This document shows, piece after piece, positions 1 through 12,600 of a stretch of 64,000 nucleotides of DNA. Location: positions 7,192,001 to 7,256,000 of the forward strand of contig OZ038378.1 of assembly GCA_964036045.1 (NCBI GenBank), in the 5' to 3' direction. The stretch comes from Eutreptiella sp. 'Long Island Sound 2002'. Taxonomy: Eukaryota > Protista > Euglenida. The translations under genes were made by a program, and so were the position numbers. Under the pieces are notes generated by a model. It was not told the DNA's origin and did no database searches. It saw nothing but the letters and a program-made list of their open reading frames with translations. How positions within the stretch are numbered: position 1 is the stretch's first letter; each line of letters begins with the position of its first letter.

Positions 1-945
1 TGTTCATATGTTGTCCTCTTAGGTTGCTGGTTCCTATAGACTGCAAACACACGACCTTTGCACAGCACTACAGAGTTGGGGGAAGACGGCAAACAAGAAA
101 TTTTCGTGGCAAGGGGCCGCAAGCATGAGCCACCAGGGGGGGGGGGGGGGCATCATGCCCTGAGGGATGGTGCCACAGGTAAATTTGGAGGGCTGCGCCC
201 CCGGTTCGTAGCTTGGGTGATTTCCATCAACCGGGGGCGACACCCTGCAGGGCAGGGCCCCAAGGTGCGTGTCGCACCAACAAGCCCTCAAGCAACTGCA
301 CGAGTCAGGTACGCTATTGTAAACTACCTGGCCCCTTAGATCAGCCCTAATTTTCCGTCACTCATGATTCATTCACCTTGGGGTCAGCCCACACCCTCTG
401 TGTAGCTCACCACCTATCTCTCTCCGAGGTGATTGACAACAGAAACGTACTAAACTGCGGTCTGCCACCCTACAAGGCCTGAGAGCGAGGTGTTGGTCCT
501 GTGCAGGCCCGAGGGCACCGCAGCACGCGGGGGGGGGGGGGGGGTCAGGTTGGCCGCCCCTGCACAGGGCCTGCACGCCGCAGCAACGTAAAGTGGGAAA
601 GTCAAGGGAGCCGCCACAGCGGTGGCTGGGTCCCATGCACTATTGTAGGTTTTTCCGGAAGGTGCCTCCTCCTCGGCCCCTTTTCACCTACCGTGTTGGT
701 CGCCAAAAGATTTGGATTTATTGTTGTGCAATAGTTCTCAGTTCTTAGCACGCAGGCACTTCAATTTTTGTTTTATCTGTTGTGATACTTTGTTTCACTT
801 GTGGTATACCCATCTCCATATTTTCCTTATGCTTTCTGCATGCTAGTTGGATTGCACAACAAAAGACTGCTTTCCATCCTTTTCCATGTTCCTTGCCATC
901 TTTGCAGAGGAGGGCTCGGTTAAGGAAAGACAAGTGTGGGTATTG

Positions 946-1052
946 GCATGAGTATGGACATGGGTATGGGTATGGGTATGGCAACGGGTTGGGGTAGGAG
1001 TACGGATTTAGGTATGGCTATGGCTATGGGTATGGGTATGGATACGGGGATG
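946..1052. repeat. Degenerate (GGTATG)n hexamer tract
   Basis: Seen: runs of atgggt/atggct, e.g. tgggtatgggtatgggtatg at 961-980. Confidence 0.7.
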
Positions 1053-1084
1053 CTTTGGGAGTCGAGAAAGTTGCAATCGATTTT

Positions 1085-1491
1085 GGAAATACCAAGAGCA
1101 AGGTGCAGTGATTCGAGCGTGCAGGCTGAAGTGTGCAACGTGTGTAATGTGCAAAGTGTGGAGTGCTCGAAATGCAAAGTGCCCAGTGTGGAATGCACCA
1201 AGTATGTATTATACCGTGTGCCAAGTGCAAAAAGTGCAGTCAGTAGAGTGCATGGTATGCAGTATCCAAACTCGTATCATGCAATGAGCAAAGTGTGCAG
1301 TGTGCAGTGCAGTGCACAGACTGCATAATGTGTAGAACATAGAGTGTGCGACACGTAAGACGTGTAGTGTGCACAGTGTGCACTGCATATTGCACCAGGT
1401 GCATAAAGTGAAGTGTGCGCAGTGCCGCAGTGTGCAATGTCCAAAATGTGTTGTTTGTGCAATGGGCACCGCGAAGTGTGCAATGTGCGTG
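1085..1491. repeat. TGTGCA-rich low-complexity tract, left half; it resumes at ~15470-15720 beyond the LINE
   Basis: Seen: recurrent gtgtgca/agtgca words on both sides of the 14-kb element. Inference: one tract split by the insertion. Confidence 0.6.
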
Positions 1492-2384
1492 ACCCCCACT
1501 GCTGCCCAGGGGCGCGTGACCTCACCGTGGTGTGGGGGTGAAACCGGGGGGGGGGTCCCCCAGGCTAACACGCAATCTGGGGGGTGACCAGGTCCAGCCG
1601 CGGCGGCCTGGTCACGGGATCCCGCGCCCCACCCCTCGCCGGCCACCGTGGGACAGCCACGATGGCACAGGGCGGGCTCCACCGGGGGGTGGCGGTATGC
1701 AAGAGAGCCCCGGGTCTCCCTGTGGCCCAGCCCTCTCCAGGGCTCATGTGTTTCCCCCTCTCGCCCCCACCCACGGCGCCGTGTGTCTTTGCACAGGTAC
1801 ATCATGGGTGGGGACCGAGTACAGGAACGCCATACCGGGCCTGGGGTTAAACTCCATGCCTCGGACGGCTGCTACGAGGAATTTTGCGCACCGAGACCGG
1901 GGGAGGGTCCCGCGCCTACCGCTACGGTGCTCACTGCGCCGGGGCTAGGGTACCTTCCTATGGTTTCGGCTGCGACATGGAAGAAGGGGTGGCCCCCCGG
2001 TTTTGAATCGCGGAGGGGCGCCATCCCCTCCCAGTGGCCTGAGCGAAGGGGAGGCCCCCCGAGGCCCTGTTTCGCTGTGGAGGAAGTGTGAAATAAGGGG
2101 TGGCCCCCCTGTTCCAGGAACCGCGTCCGTGGGGAGCGCCGCCGTAGGCGCAGCCACATTGGAGGAAGTTTGAAAGAAGGGGAGGCCCCCCGAGACCGTC
2201 CCGTGGGTAACGCCAACGAAGGCGTTACCACTTTACCCGTCTTTGGAAGCAGGGGGGGCGCCATCCCCCCCAGGAGCTGTTATGACTTCGATGTGTATGT
2301 ATCAAGTAATGTAAGTACGTCAATGAAAGAACCTCAGTATTGTATAATGTACGCCTCCGGCCAACAGCAGAGAGGGCCGGAGGT

Positions 2385-2833
2385 CCGGGTAAAAGCCCCG
2401 GACCCCCCAAAGGCAGCCCCAAAGGTGAGTGCACCACTGGACGGGGCATGTCTGCGGGGTAAGAACATGCGCTGCGTAAACAAATAACTTAATAAATAGT
2501 GCTTATTGCTATAAGTAATGCTTAAACGGGTAAATGCCCCCCCCCCCCGGGGCCAGTTTAGTGCGCACCCCCCAGAGCCGGACTCGACCGGCCGTGCTGA
2601 GGCGAGCCCAGCAATGGGTATGACAGGCCAGACTTTAAGTGCTGGTAGCCACGCCTCAGCACACTCCGTGGGCTTATAAGGCCCACGGGGGCCCCAAATA
2701 CCGTTTCGTTCGGGAGTTAAGCCCCGGCGGAATTTGGGGTTGTTCGTGGTTAAGAGGACTCACGTTGAGTCCCAGCTACTGCTACCCCGGAGTTATGATC
2801 TCCGGTACTGCCTGCCTACTTGCCTGCTGCTGC
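2385..2833 (+). ncRNA. Unclassified structured RNA module in the LINE 5' region (copy A)
   Basis: Seen: homologous to 31969-32415 (-), with compensatory changes in three helices and a GCAA/GAAA tetraloop swap. Confidence 0.6.
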
Positions 2834-3069
2834 TAAGAGGTAGAAACCGGGTAGGACTACCCCCCCCCCCAACCCCCAAGCCTGCACGGCACCGGGGGAC
2901 CCCCACAGCGGCCGCAAGGGCTACGCGTGGGCGGCTCCTGGTTTCTGTCGCAGTGCAGAAAAGGTAGTTACCACGACCCCCCGAAAGCCCGCGGGGTCTG
3001 TGGTACCCCGTTCCCCCGGGCCCCACAAGGGACGCGCGGAGACGGGGTGGGCCCGTAGGGGTCGGGGGG

Positions 3070-5520
3070 AACCCTCCCCCACACAGCGGCGGGCACACCC
3101 GAGCCCCTCCGGTCCTGCCCGGGCCGCGGAGGGATAGGGACGCCCCGTGGGGGTTTTGAGTACGCACGAAGGGCTCCCTCCCCCACACAGCGGCGGTGAC
3201 ACCCGAGTCCCTCCGGTCCTGCCTGGGCCGCGGAGGGATAGGGACGTCCTCTGGGGTTTTGGGGGCGCACGGAGAGGTCCCTCCCCCACACAGCGGCGGT
3301 TACACCCGAGTCCCTCCGGTCCTGCCTGGGCCGCGGAGGGATAGGGACGCCCCGTGGGGGTTTTGGGGGCGCACGGAGAGGTCCCTCCCCCACACAGCGG
3401 CGGTTACACCCGAGTCCCTCCGGTCCTGCCTGGGCCGCGGAGGGATAGGGACGCCCCGTGGGGGCTTTGGGGGCGCACGGAGAGGTCCCTCCCCCACACA
3501 GCGGCGGTTACACCCGAGTCCCTCCGGTCCTGCCTGGGCCGCGGAGGGATAGGGACGCCCCGTGGGGGTTTTTGGGCGCACGGAGAGGTCCCTCCCCCAC
3601 ACAGCGGCGGTTACACCCGAGTCCCTCCGGTCCTATCCGGGCCGCGGAGGGATAGGGACGCCCCGTGGGGGTTTTGAGGACACACGAAGGACTCCATCCC
3701 CCACACAGCGGCGGTTACACCCGAGCCCCTCCGGTCCTGCCTGGGCCGCGGAGGGATAGGGACGCCCCGTGGGGGTTTTGGGGGCGCACGGAGAGGTCCC
3801 TCCCCCACACAGCGGCGGTTACACCCGAGTCCCTCCGGTCCTGCCTGGGCCGCGGAGGGATAGGGACGCCCCGTGGGGGTTTTGGGGGCGCACGGAGAGG
3901 TCCCTCCCCCACACAGCGGCGGTTACACCCGAGTCCCTCCGGTCCTGCCTGGGCCGCGGAGGGATAGGGACGCCCCGTGGGGGCTTTGGGGGCGCACGGA
4001 GAGGTCCCTCCCCCACACAGCGGCGGTTACACCCGAGTCCCTCCGGTCCTGCCTGGGCCGCGGAGGGATAGGGACGCCCCGTGGGGGTTTTTGGGCGCAC
4101 GGAGAGGTCCCTCCCCCACACAGCGGCGGTTACACCCGAGTCCCTCCGGTCCTATCCGGGCCGCGGAGGGATAGGGACGCCCCGTGGGGGTTTGGGGGCG
4201 CACGGAGTGGTTCCTCCCCCACACAGCGGCGGTGACACCCGAGTCCCTCCGGTCCTGCCCGGACCGCGGGGGGATAGGGACGCCCCGTGGGGGTTTGAGG
4301 GCACACGAAAGGTTCCCTCCCCCACACAGCGGCGGTTACACCCGAGCCCCTCCGGTCCTGCCTGGGCCGCGGAGGGATAGGGACGCCCCGTGGGGGTTTG
4401 GGGGCGCACGGAGTGGTTCCTCCCCCACACAGCGGCGGTGACACCCGAGTCCCTCCGGTCCTGCCTGGGCCGCGGGGGGATAGGGACGCCCCGTGGGGGT
4501 TCGAGGGCACACGAAAGGTTCCCTCCCCCACACAGCGGCGGTTACACCCGAGTCCCTCCGGTCCTGCCTGGGCCGCGGAGCGATAGGGACGCCCCGTGGA
4601 GGTTTGGGGACGCACGGAGTGGTTCCCCCCCCACACAACGGCGGTTACACCCGGGTCCCTCCGGTCCTGCCTGGGCCGTGGAGGAATAGGGACGCCCGCG
4701 GGGGTATCAAGGCGCGCGTATGAGTTCTTCCCCCACACAGCGGCGGTTACACCCTAGCCTCTCCGGTCGTGCCTGGGCCGCGGAGGGATAGGGACGCCCC
4801 GTGGGGGTTTGGGGGCGCACGGAGTGGTTCCTCCCCCACACAGCGGCGGTGACACCCGAGTCCCTCCGGTCCTGCCCGGGCCGCGGGGGGGTAGGGACGC
4901 CCCGTGGGGGTTCAGGGACACGCGGAGAGGTCCCCCCCTCGCACAGCGGCGGTTCCACCCGAGCCCCTCCGGTCCGGACGGGGCCGCGGAGGGGTAGGGA
5001 AGCCCCGTGGGGGTCGTGGGGGCACGCGTATGAGTCCCCCCCCCCACACAGCGGCGGCTACACCCGAGTCCCCGGTCCTGCCTGGACCAGGGAGGGATAG
5101 GGACGCCCCGTGGGGGTTGTGAGGGCACACGGAGGGGTCCATCCCCCACACAACGGCGGTCATGCCCGGTCCCTCTGGTCTTGCCCGGACCACGAAGGGA
5201 TAGGGACACCCCAAGGGCCGAGGACAGCACGCGAGGAGTCTCTTCCACACAACGGCGGTTGCACCCGAGTCCCTCCGGTCCTGCCGGAGCCGCGGAGGGA
5301 TATGGACACCCTGTGGGAGTTCGGGCACGCGGAGAGGTCCACCACCCACACAGCGGCGGGCACACTCGGGTCCCTCCGATCCCGCCGGGGCCGCGGAGGG
5401 GTAGGGACCCCCCTCGGGGGTTTGGGGACTCTCGGAGAGGGCTTGCCCCCACACAGCGGCGATCGCACCCGGGCCCCCCCCAGCCCTGCTTGAGCCGGGG
5501 AGGGATAGGGGCTCCCCGTG
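3070..5520 (+). repeat. Tandem array of ~23 GC-rich 104-bp monomers (LINE 5' UTR)
   Basis: Seen: unit ccctcccccacacagcggcggttacacccgagtccctccggtcctgcctgggccgcggagggatagggacgccccgtgggggttttgggggcgcacggagaggt. ORF starts recur at 103-104 bp spacing (3354, 3458, 3562, 3665, 3769, 3873). Terminal units are diverged. Confidence 0.95.
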
Positions 5521-5633
5521 GGGGGTCTGAAGGGCACTCCCAATTTGCGTTCTGTCCTGCCGCCCTCCATCGCGGAGGGAGGGGTGCGGGGTGCTGAGGT
5601 ACCCCCGTCTTTGCAGGACACAGAGAACGCAAA

Positions 5634-8600
5634 ATGAGTGGCCCTATCGACCTGGCTTTTCCCGGCGAACCCGACCACCGGGACTCCCCATTACTGGTTG
5701 CCATCCGGCAGGGGTCTTCGGCGGCGCACGGCCGCCTGAGGGATAGCTGGTCAGTGGCCAGTGACAAGGCGCTACTACAGGCCGCCGCGGATTCCCTCCC
5801 GGAGGTCGCCCGGGGGCGCCCGGAGGAGGTGCCGGACGCCCTACGCTGGGCCCGGCGCGTGGGGGTGATCACCGCCATTACGTCCATGGGGGTTATCTTG
5901 ACACCACGGGGGCTGTGCCTCACGGCCACGGTTACTGGGTCATACGACGCCCAGACTTTCGTCTCCCAGGACGTCCCCCTTATGGTGGAGGCTGGGGGAC
6001 CTCTGGTCGAGTACCTGGGGAATACGATACATCCCCGTCATCTGGATTTAGCCCGTCGGGTCATCTCGGGGTGCGCCCCTTTCGACACCCTACGGCTACG
6101 GAAGCGCTTGGCGCGGATCCTGAAGGTGGATGACGCCCTAGCCGAATCCGCCAGCGCACCGCAGGTGCACCACAGCACAGCCAACGCGGCTTTACGTCCA
6201 ATCGCTCCCTTTCTCTCCCCCGGCTGTCAAGCTGATTGGGGTCGTTTGGGGGCCAAGGACCAAGTGCGAATCCTTTGGGCTCTGCCCAAGCGGCCCACTG
6301 AGGTCTTACCTCACATCTCCGGCACGGGGAACGAGCTCTGGGCGGGATTAATGGTGTGGGCCTCCCGTCAAGTGGGGGGCGCCAGCGCGGGGGTACCGGT
6401 GACCCCGCTACCGAGGGGGTTACCTGAAATCCGGGATTGGCCCCTGGACGTTCTCCGGGGTGCCTTTGAGGCTTCCACCCTACCGATTACCACGGTGGAA
6501 GCACTGGGGGAGCTGCTAGGCGATATTACGCCATCTTGGGCCTCAGCCCCCGTTTTGGCGTTGCTTGCCTCTCGGGGTGCCGAAGCCCCTCTCAGCGCGG
6601 CGTCCTGGACGCGGGTATCCTCCCGCACCGGGGGTGGCACAGCCGCCGTGGACCTTCCCGTCCCGGCGGGCGCTAGGGCCTCGCCGGTTGTGGACGCAGA
6701 CGCAGCCGGGGATGACGATCCCACGCAACCGTACGTGAACGTGGACGGTGTAGATCCGACGGTCTCCGACCCTTGGCGGTTACTTGAGCCCTGTGCGGGG
6801 GCTACAACCGGCGCGACCCCTGCCGCGGGGGGCGACGCGGTCCCTCGAGGGGCACGTGACCCCGTGGGGGAATCCCCCTCCGACCCGACGGGGGTCAGCC
6901 GCGAAATAAAGTTTGGGGGCACCTCCATTTATGAGTTTGACGCGGAATCCCCAATAGGGGAGCGTGTGGAAGACTCTCCCACCCCACTGGCGATCCCTTG
7001 CCCTGCTGGCTCGGATCTCGGGGGCGGCTCCGGGCCGGCAGTTCGCCGCACCTCCCACGCGGTCGACAATCGGCTTGCGCCGTCCGACGGGGGCTGCGCT
7101 TTGGTGGCTGCCCATCGCGCGGCCCAATCGGGGTTTCCCCCGCCCATCTCTAATGCCCCTGGGGTCCTTGCCGGGGGCTTTGCCGGGGGCTCACACGCGG
7201 GGCCGGCACCTGCGACTCCGCAAGCGCCCGCGCCCGTGAGGGGCGGGGTGCATGTATCTCTTGGTGACGGGACTGGCCTCTTGTACCCACCGGGCACCAC
7301 GGCGGGCGAGCCCCGCCGGGGCGGCGTGCCCGACGTGAGCCCGGGTGAACGTTGGTGCCCGGAGTCCCCGGGGGCAGGGAGACGCCCCCCCATGGATGCG
7401 GGGCGCCGTCCCCCTCAGTGGGAGTCCCGTCTCCAGGACCTGGAGCGTGACCTAGAAGACGCCCAGGCCACGTGCCAGGCCCTGTCCTCCGAACAGGACC
7501 GCCGCCTGCAGGAGCTGCAGAGGGTCCGCGCGGACCTGCACCGCTCCGAGGGAGAGTTGGCGTCCATGCGGCGTGACCACGCCACGGTCAGCGGGGAACT
7601 GGTGCGGCAGCGCTCCCGCACGAGGTCCCTCGAGGAGGAGGGCAGCGGCCTCCGCCGACAGCTCGCTGACGCCCAGCGGGCGGCACGCGATGTCGCGGGG
7701 GCGGTGGACGAGCGCCTCAGCCGGCACCTCCCCGCCATCCTCGAGGCTGTGCAGATTGTTCGGGACGAACACATCTCACAGCCCGCGGTGGAGCGGGCGC
7801 TGCGGGGCTGGGTGCCCGCGGGGTAAGGGCCGCCCTCCACGGCGAACCCGAATTTCCGGGAGATCTGCGCGACTCTGGTCTGCGCAGCGGTCCTTCGGGT
7901 GGATCCCCCCCCGTCCCCGGAGCAGCTCTCTCGTCGCTTGCGGGTCCCGGTCTAGCCTGTCCTGCACTTCCCGACGGAGGCCGTAGGACAGGGACCGCTA
8001 TTGGGGATGTCCGCGGATACCCGCCCGATGGGCAGGGCCCCGGCACCGCACGAAGGGCCAGAGACCTCCCCGGTGGTCCGCTTAGCCGGAAAGCCCGGCG
8101 TCGAGGTCACCCCCGGGAACCGCTCCGGGGGGGACATCACTCCCACGACCACGGGTGCGGCCGGTGCGGCAGCCCCCACTCCGGGGCGGGACGAACTCTG
8201 CGCCCTCCTGGTGTACCTCAATGAGGTACCACCGGACTCGCAGACGGGGGAGGCCCAGAAGCTGCATCTGCACCTGGCTACCAGGCTGGACCTCCCCCCG
8301 GAGTTCCCCCAAAGCAACCTGCGGGCCCAGTACACGGCCCTGGGCAGGCTCCTGCCCACGCGGCCCGAGTTGGGCCACCTAGTCGGAGAGTTCGTCCGGG
8401 ACCGCCGGGCGGAGCCCTCCGGGTCTCAGACCCCGGTCCCTGACTCCCAGGGGGCGGCCAAGGTAGCGGCAGCGTCCCGGGCCAACCAGGCCGGAGGGAG
8501 CGGCAAGTCCCCTGGCAGGGGCAAAGGCGGGTCGGACCACGACACGTACTCCGTGGCCGTCATGGTCCGGTGGCGCGTCAACCCGCGCGACACCCCGGAG

Positions 8601-9605
8601 GCCATCTAACCCCTGTCCCCGGGGCGGTTGGGCATGGTCTTGAAGAAGGCCTTCGGGGACTTCCGTGTGTCCTACATCAAGGACGAAGGGCAGCTATGCC
8701 ACACGGAGGATGGAGGTTGGGCACTCGTGGGCGTGCGGCCCGAGGCTGCCTCCGCCTTGGAGGGGGGCGGGGGTGACGCCGACAAACAGTTCACCTACGA
8801 GTGGGCCAAGGCCAACAAACAACCGTATTCCGGCGGGCTGCTGCGGGCCCACCACGTGGAAAAGAGCAATGCTGTGCTCCAGCGGATGCGTAGTGGGGAC
8901 CTTATGGCAGGACCCAAAGGCTTGATCCGGGCTCGTGATCGGGACGGGGCCGGGGACGAGGGCCGGAAGCGGCGCCGGTCCCCCTCTTGGTCCCCCCCGC
9001 GGTCCTCCCATCGGTCGGAGGGAGACTACACCCCGCGACGGGGGAGCAGGTACCCCTCGCCGGAGGACGACTACCGTCGAGGAGGCTCGCGGCATACCCC
9101 CCAGTCGGTGGGGGGCCCGTGGGATGGGCGCTACGACTACCGTGCGCCGTCGCGGAGCGAGCAACCTCGCCAGCCACCACAATGGCTCCCCCGGGACGAC
9201 GGCTGGGGACAGGACTATCGGTCTTACGACCCCCCCACGAGTTACGGGGAACGCTCCCCCTACCCTCGGCCGGAGATGCACCCCATGGCTCCGCCTCATC
9301 AGGCGGCGGCGGCCAGCCCTCCGACCGCCGCCGTTTGGGGAGCGCCGCCCGTGGATCCCCGCTACCCGGGGGACGGCCGTGCGCCCCACTACGGGGCGGC
9401 CATGCCCCCGCAGGGGTTGGGCGTCCCGCAGGCGCCGTATCAGCACCAGCCATACGGACCACCGGCCCCGACCGCGGACGCGCCAGCGCCCCCCTCGGGG
9501 TACGCGGGGCCCTGGTACGGGGAAACAGTCCCAGCTCCCGCTGCCACAGCCCCGCCCGGCCCGGTTCACCCGGTGGCGCCCCCCACTTGGGGACCCAGCC
9601 CGTAA
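5634..9605 (+). CDS. LINE ORF1 reading frame (~1320 codons) broken by three in-frame stops; coiled coil, RRM-like and RS/Pro-rich segments
   Basis: Seen: ORFs 5634-7826, 8001-8609 and 8628-9605 share one frame, separated by TAA 7824, TAG 7953 and TAA 8607. Heptad-like LQDLERDLEDAQ...LRRQLADAQR at ~7420-7740. The RRM-like pattern YSVAVMVRW...VLKKAFGDFRV...GWALVGV...AASAL...FTYEWAK at ~8545-8815 is inference. Confidence 0.7.
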
Positions 9606-12600
9606 GGGGCGTTCCAGACGAACTCCCCCTCCCCGCGCCGGTCACGCTGGGGTGGGACGCCGGGGACGTGTTCTCTCCGGGGGCCGTGGCCCACGACCAG
9701 CTCAAGCTCCTGGCCCGGGACTCTGTGTGTCCGGGGCGCCCCTCTGCCCAGTGGGGAATTGTTCTCGGCATTTCTGGCGCCGTGTGCGGCGTGCGGGACG
9801 TGGCCACGGCGCTGGAGTGCTTACCGGGCCTCCACCCCGCGTTGGGGCACGTGTCCCTTTTCCAGGGAGACTGGCGCCTTCCCGCCATCCTTCAGCAGTG
9901 GGCGGCCCACATGGCCGTGTACCAAGTCTCGGGCGGCCATTCGGTGCAGGTGTACAGCGGTGGGGGGGGTGTCACCCACCCGCCCGGGGCTGAGGGATCC
10001 GTGACGTGGGTGCCCAGGTCCACGTACAGTCGCGGCCGGGTGGTGTTCAAAGCTGCGTCCAGCAGCTCCACCGCCTACGTGGCGGCCAACGTCGACGCGC
10101 GGGCACTGGGGCGGTATTTGCGGCGATCCACAGCGCTAGAGCTCCCCACCAAGGTCCGACAGGCCGTCCTCCGCCGCTTGGAACACACGACGGGTCCCAC
10201 TGGCCGGGGGGCGCTCGACGCCCTCTCTGGGGGCACCTCCAGCGGCCACCGCGGACTCGGGGACTTTCGGGCTATCACCCTGAACCTACAGAGAGGCCTA
10301 ATGGGCAAGATGCCAGCCCTGGGGTCTTGTCTGCGCGGGTGGGGTTGTCCGGATCTGGTGGGGCTGCAGGAAGTGGGCAAGATGCCCGCCAACATTGTGG
10401 CCCATGCCATGTACTGGGCCACATTCACCCCCGCGGCGCATCCGGCGGCCGGGGTGGGGCTGCTGGTGCGGTGGCATCCCACCTTTCGGGAGGTCTGGCG
10501 GGACATACACTCCAGCGGGCGCGGCGTTGCCCTGGAATACCACTGTCGGGGGGGACACATCCTGGCGGTGGTGGTGTATTTCCCGGCCGACCACGACTTG
10601 GACGTGGTGCGGAGCATCTTGTCGTGGGCCCTGGGCGTCATGGCCCCCCGTCGTGGGGTTTATACCCTGATGATGGGGGATCTCAACGCCAACCCGGGAT
10701 GGGCGACAGGCTTCCGGCAGGCCCCGGCTGCCCTCACCGTCCTTTGGGAGGAGTTTGTCCAGGACACTGGCCTGGTCCGCTGTTGCCCCACCTCCGAGGC
10801 GCCCACGTGGACCGACGGGCGGGGGTGCGTGGGGGTGATTGACCACGTGCTACAAGGCCCTGCCCCAAAGGAGGGACGTTTGTGGGTGGACGAGGCCTCC
10901 CCCTTCCCCTCTGACCACCGCCCGGTGGTGTGGGACGCCCGGGATTGCCAGGACCCTGAAGACAGGTCCCCGGTGCGGCTGCGCGCCAGGCACTTTCAGA
11001 TACGTGACCCAGGCATCACGGGCAGCTACCATGCGGCCTTGTCAGCGGCCCGCCGGGAGGAGGGTTTGCGACCCGATAGTCTGGCGGCCCTCTACGAGTA
11101 TTTCCTTTCCTCCACCATACGAGCGGTGGAGAGGGCCCATGGCCCCCCTCGTGAATTCGGGGAGCTCCCGGGGCGTGTGGACCAGGTCCACCGTCAGCTC
11201 CAGGCACACGCTAAGCGGTGCCCGCGGTGGTGGGAGTCACTGGACACGCTCAAAGAGCGTTTGGATCTCCGCCAGGACCTGGCGGAAGCCTGGGAGGTGG
11301 GGAATCTGCAGCGGTATCTCTCCCATCTCCCGGAGGTGGCCCCCTTCTCCAGACCATCCCGCGGGGCATTCCGCCACCTGTATGGGCCCGCTCGCACGCC
11401 GCCGGTCCAACCGCGGTTCTGCGCTCAAGTGGACGTGGCGCCGCGTGCCAGGGCCAAGGTGGCCCTGGACCAGGTGCGTCACCGACACCAGAAGACGCTG
11501 AGGGAGCTAACGCCGGGGGACGTCCGGGCCCTCACGGGTTGGATCACGCCCACACAGCTGCTGGGGTTGCCCACGGCTACGGTCCCCCACCTCCGCCGCA
11601 TACTTCAGCGCACCGGCAACACGGCCCCGGCTCGCGACCAGTTGCAGTACTGGATGTTGCGGGAGATGGACGACGACGGTCTTGCCATTGTGTGCGAGAT
11701 CGTCAACCGCTACATGCGGGGGGAGCGCCTGGAGGCCCTCTCGCACGGGGACCTCCACCTCCTCCCTAAGAAAGCTCCCCACGGCGTTGGGGCCAACGAC
11801 CGCCCACTCACCAACCTAGTCCTCCTGCGCAAGGTGGTGGGTCTGGTGGTGAAGGAAGAGGAGCAGCCCTGGCTTCGGGAGCACGGGTTCCTCCCCCCCA
11901 GCCAATTCGCCCTCTGGCCGGGAACGTCCATATGGGACTTCCTCAGGGTACTGCACGATTATTTCTGGTACCGCTGGGGCTCCGGGGGCGAAGCCTGGCC
12001 CGTCCTCGACGACGCCCGTCACGCTTTCGGTTCCCCAGACCACGTGTCCCGGGACTCTGTACACCGGGTGCTGGGTTACGGCCCGGAGCTGTGCCACCTG
12101 CACCGCTCCCTGGTGGAGGACATGCGCCTGGACATGGGCGGCACGGATGATGTCGACCATGCCGAGGGGTGGTTAGATGCAGGGTCCGGACAGGGCTGCC
12201 CTTTGTCCCCGCTAGATTACGCGCCCATGGGGGAGGTGAGGGCGAAGATGGTGTCCCGTGAATACCCCGGGGTGCTCACCCCAGCAGGCCTTTTACACAG
12301 TCTGGCCTGGGCCGACGATACGGTCTGGCTCGGGGGCTCCCCGGAGGATGTGTCCGCCATCGCCGGGGCCCTCCCCGCCGCAGAAGACGCGGTGGCTCTG
12401 GGATCCGACGTGTCGAAAATGCACGTCCTACGGACCTGGATGGACGGGCAGCGCGTACGGTACGGGGTTCCCTCGGTTCTGATGAACGGGGTTCGGCTGC
12501 CCGTGCCGTCAGAGAAGGATTACATCCGCTCCCTGGGGCGGCACGCCCTCCCACACACGTATCACAGGGAGGATTTCCGGAAGTTCATGATGGCGGCGCG

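Noticed and set aside
2385-2833. Assigning the module to HDV-like, hammerhead, pistol, twister, group I or group II RNA
   Set aside because: No UCCUCG-type L3/P1.1, no CUGANGA/GAAA core and no GACUA/UAGUC P7. The pistol-like cgtg/cacg pairing is broken in copy B, and gagccgga does not form a domain V hairpin.
3070-5520. CRISPR-like array (also 30531-31968 and 25730-26290)
   Set aside because: The units are contiguous tandem repeats with no unique spacers, the context is eukaryotic, and no cas genes are present.
2921-5678. Dozens of overlapping ORFs in the 104-bp and 94-bp arrays
   Set aside because: They are periodic translations of GC-rich repeats that lack stop codons, with no domain content.
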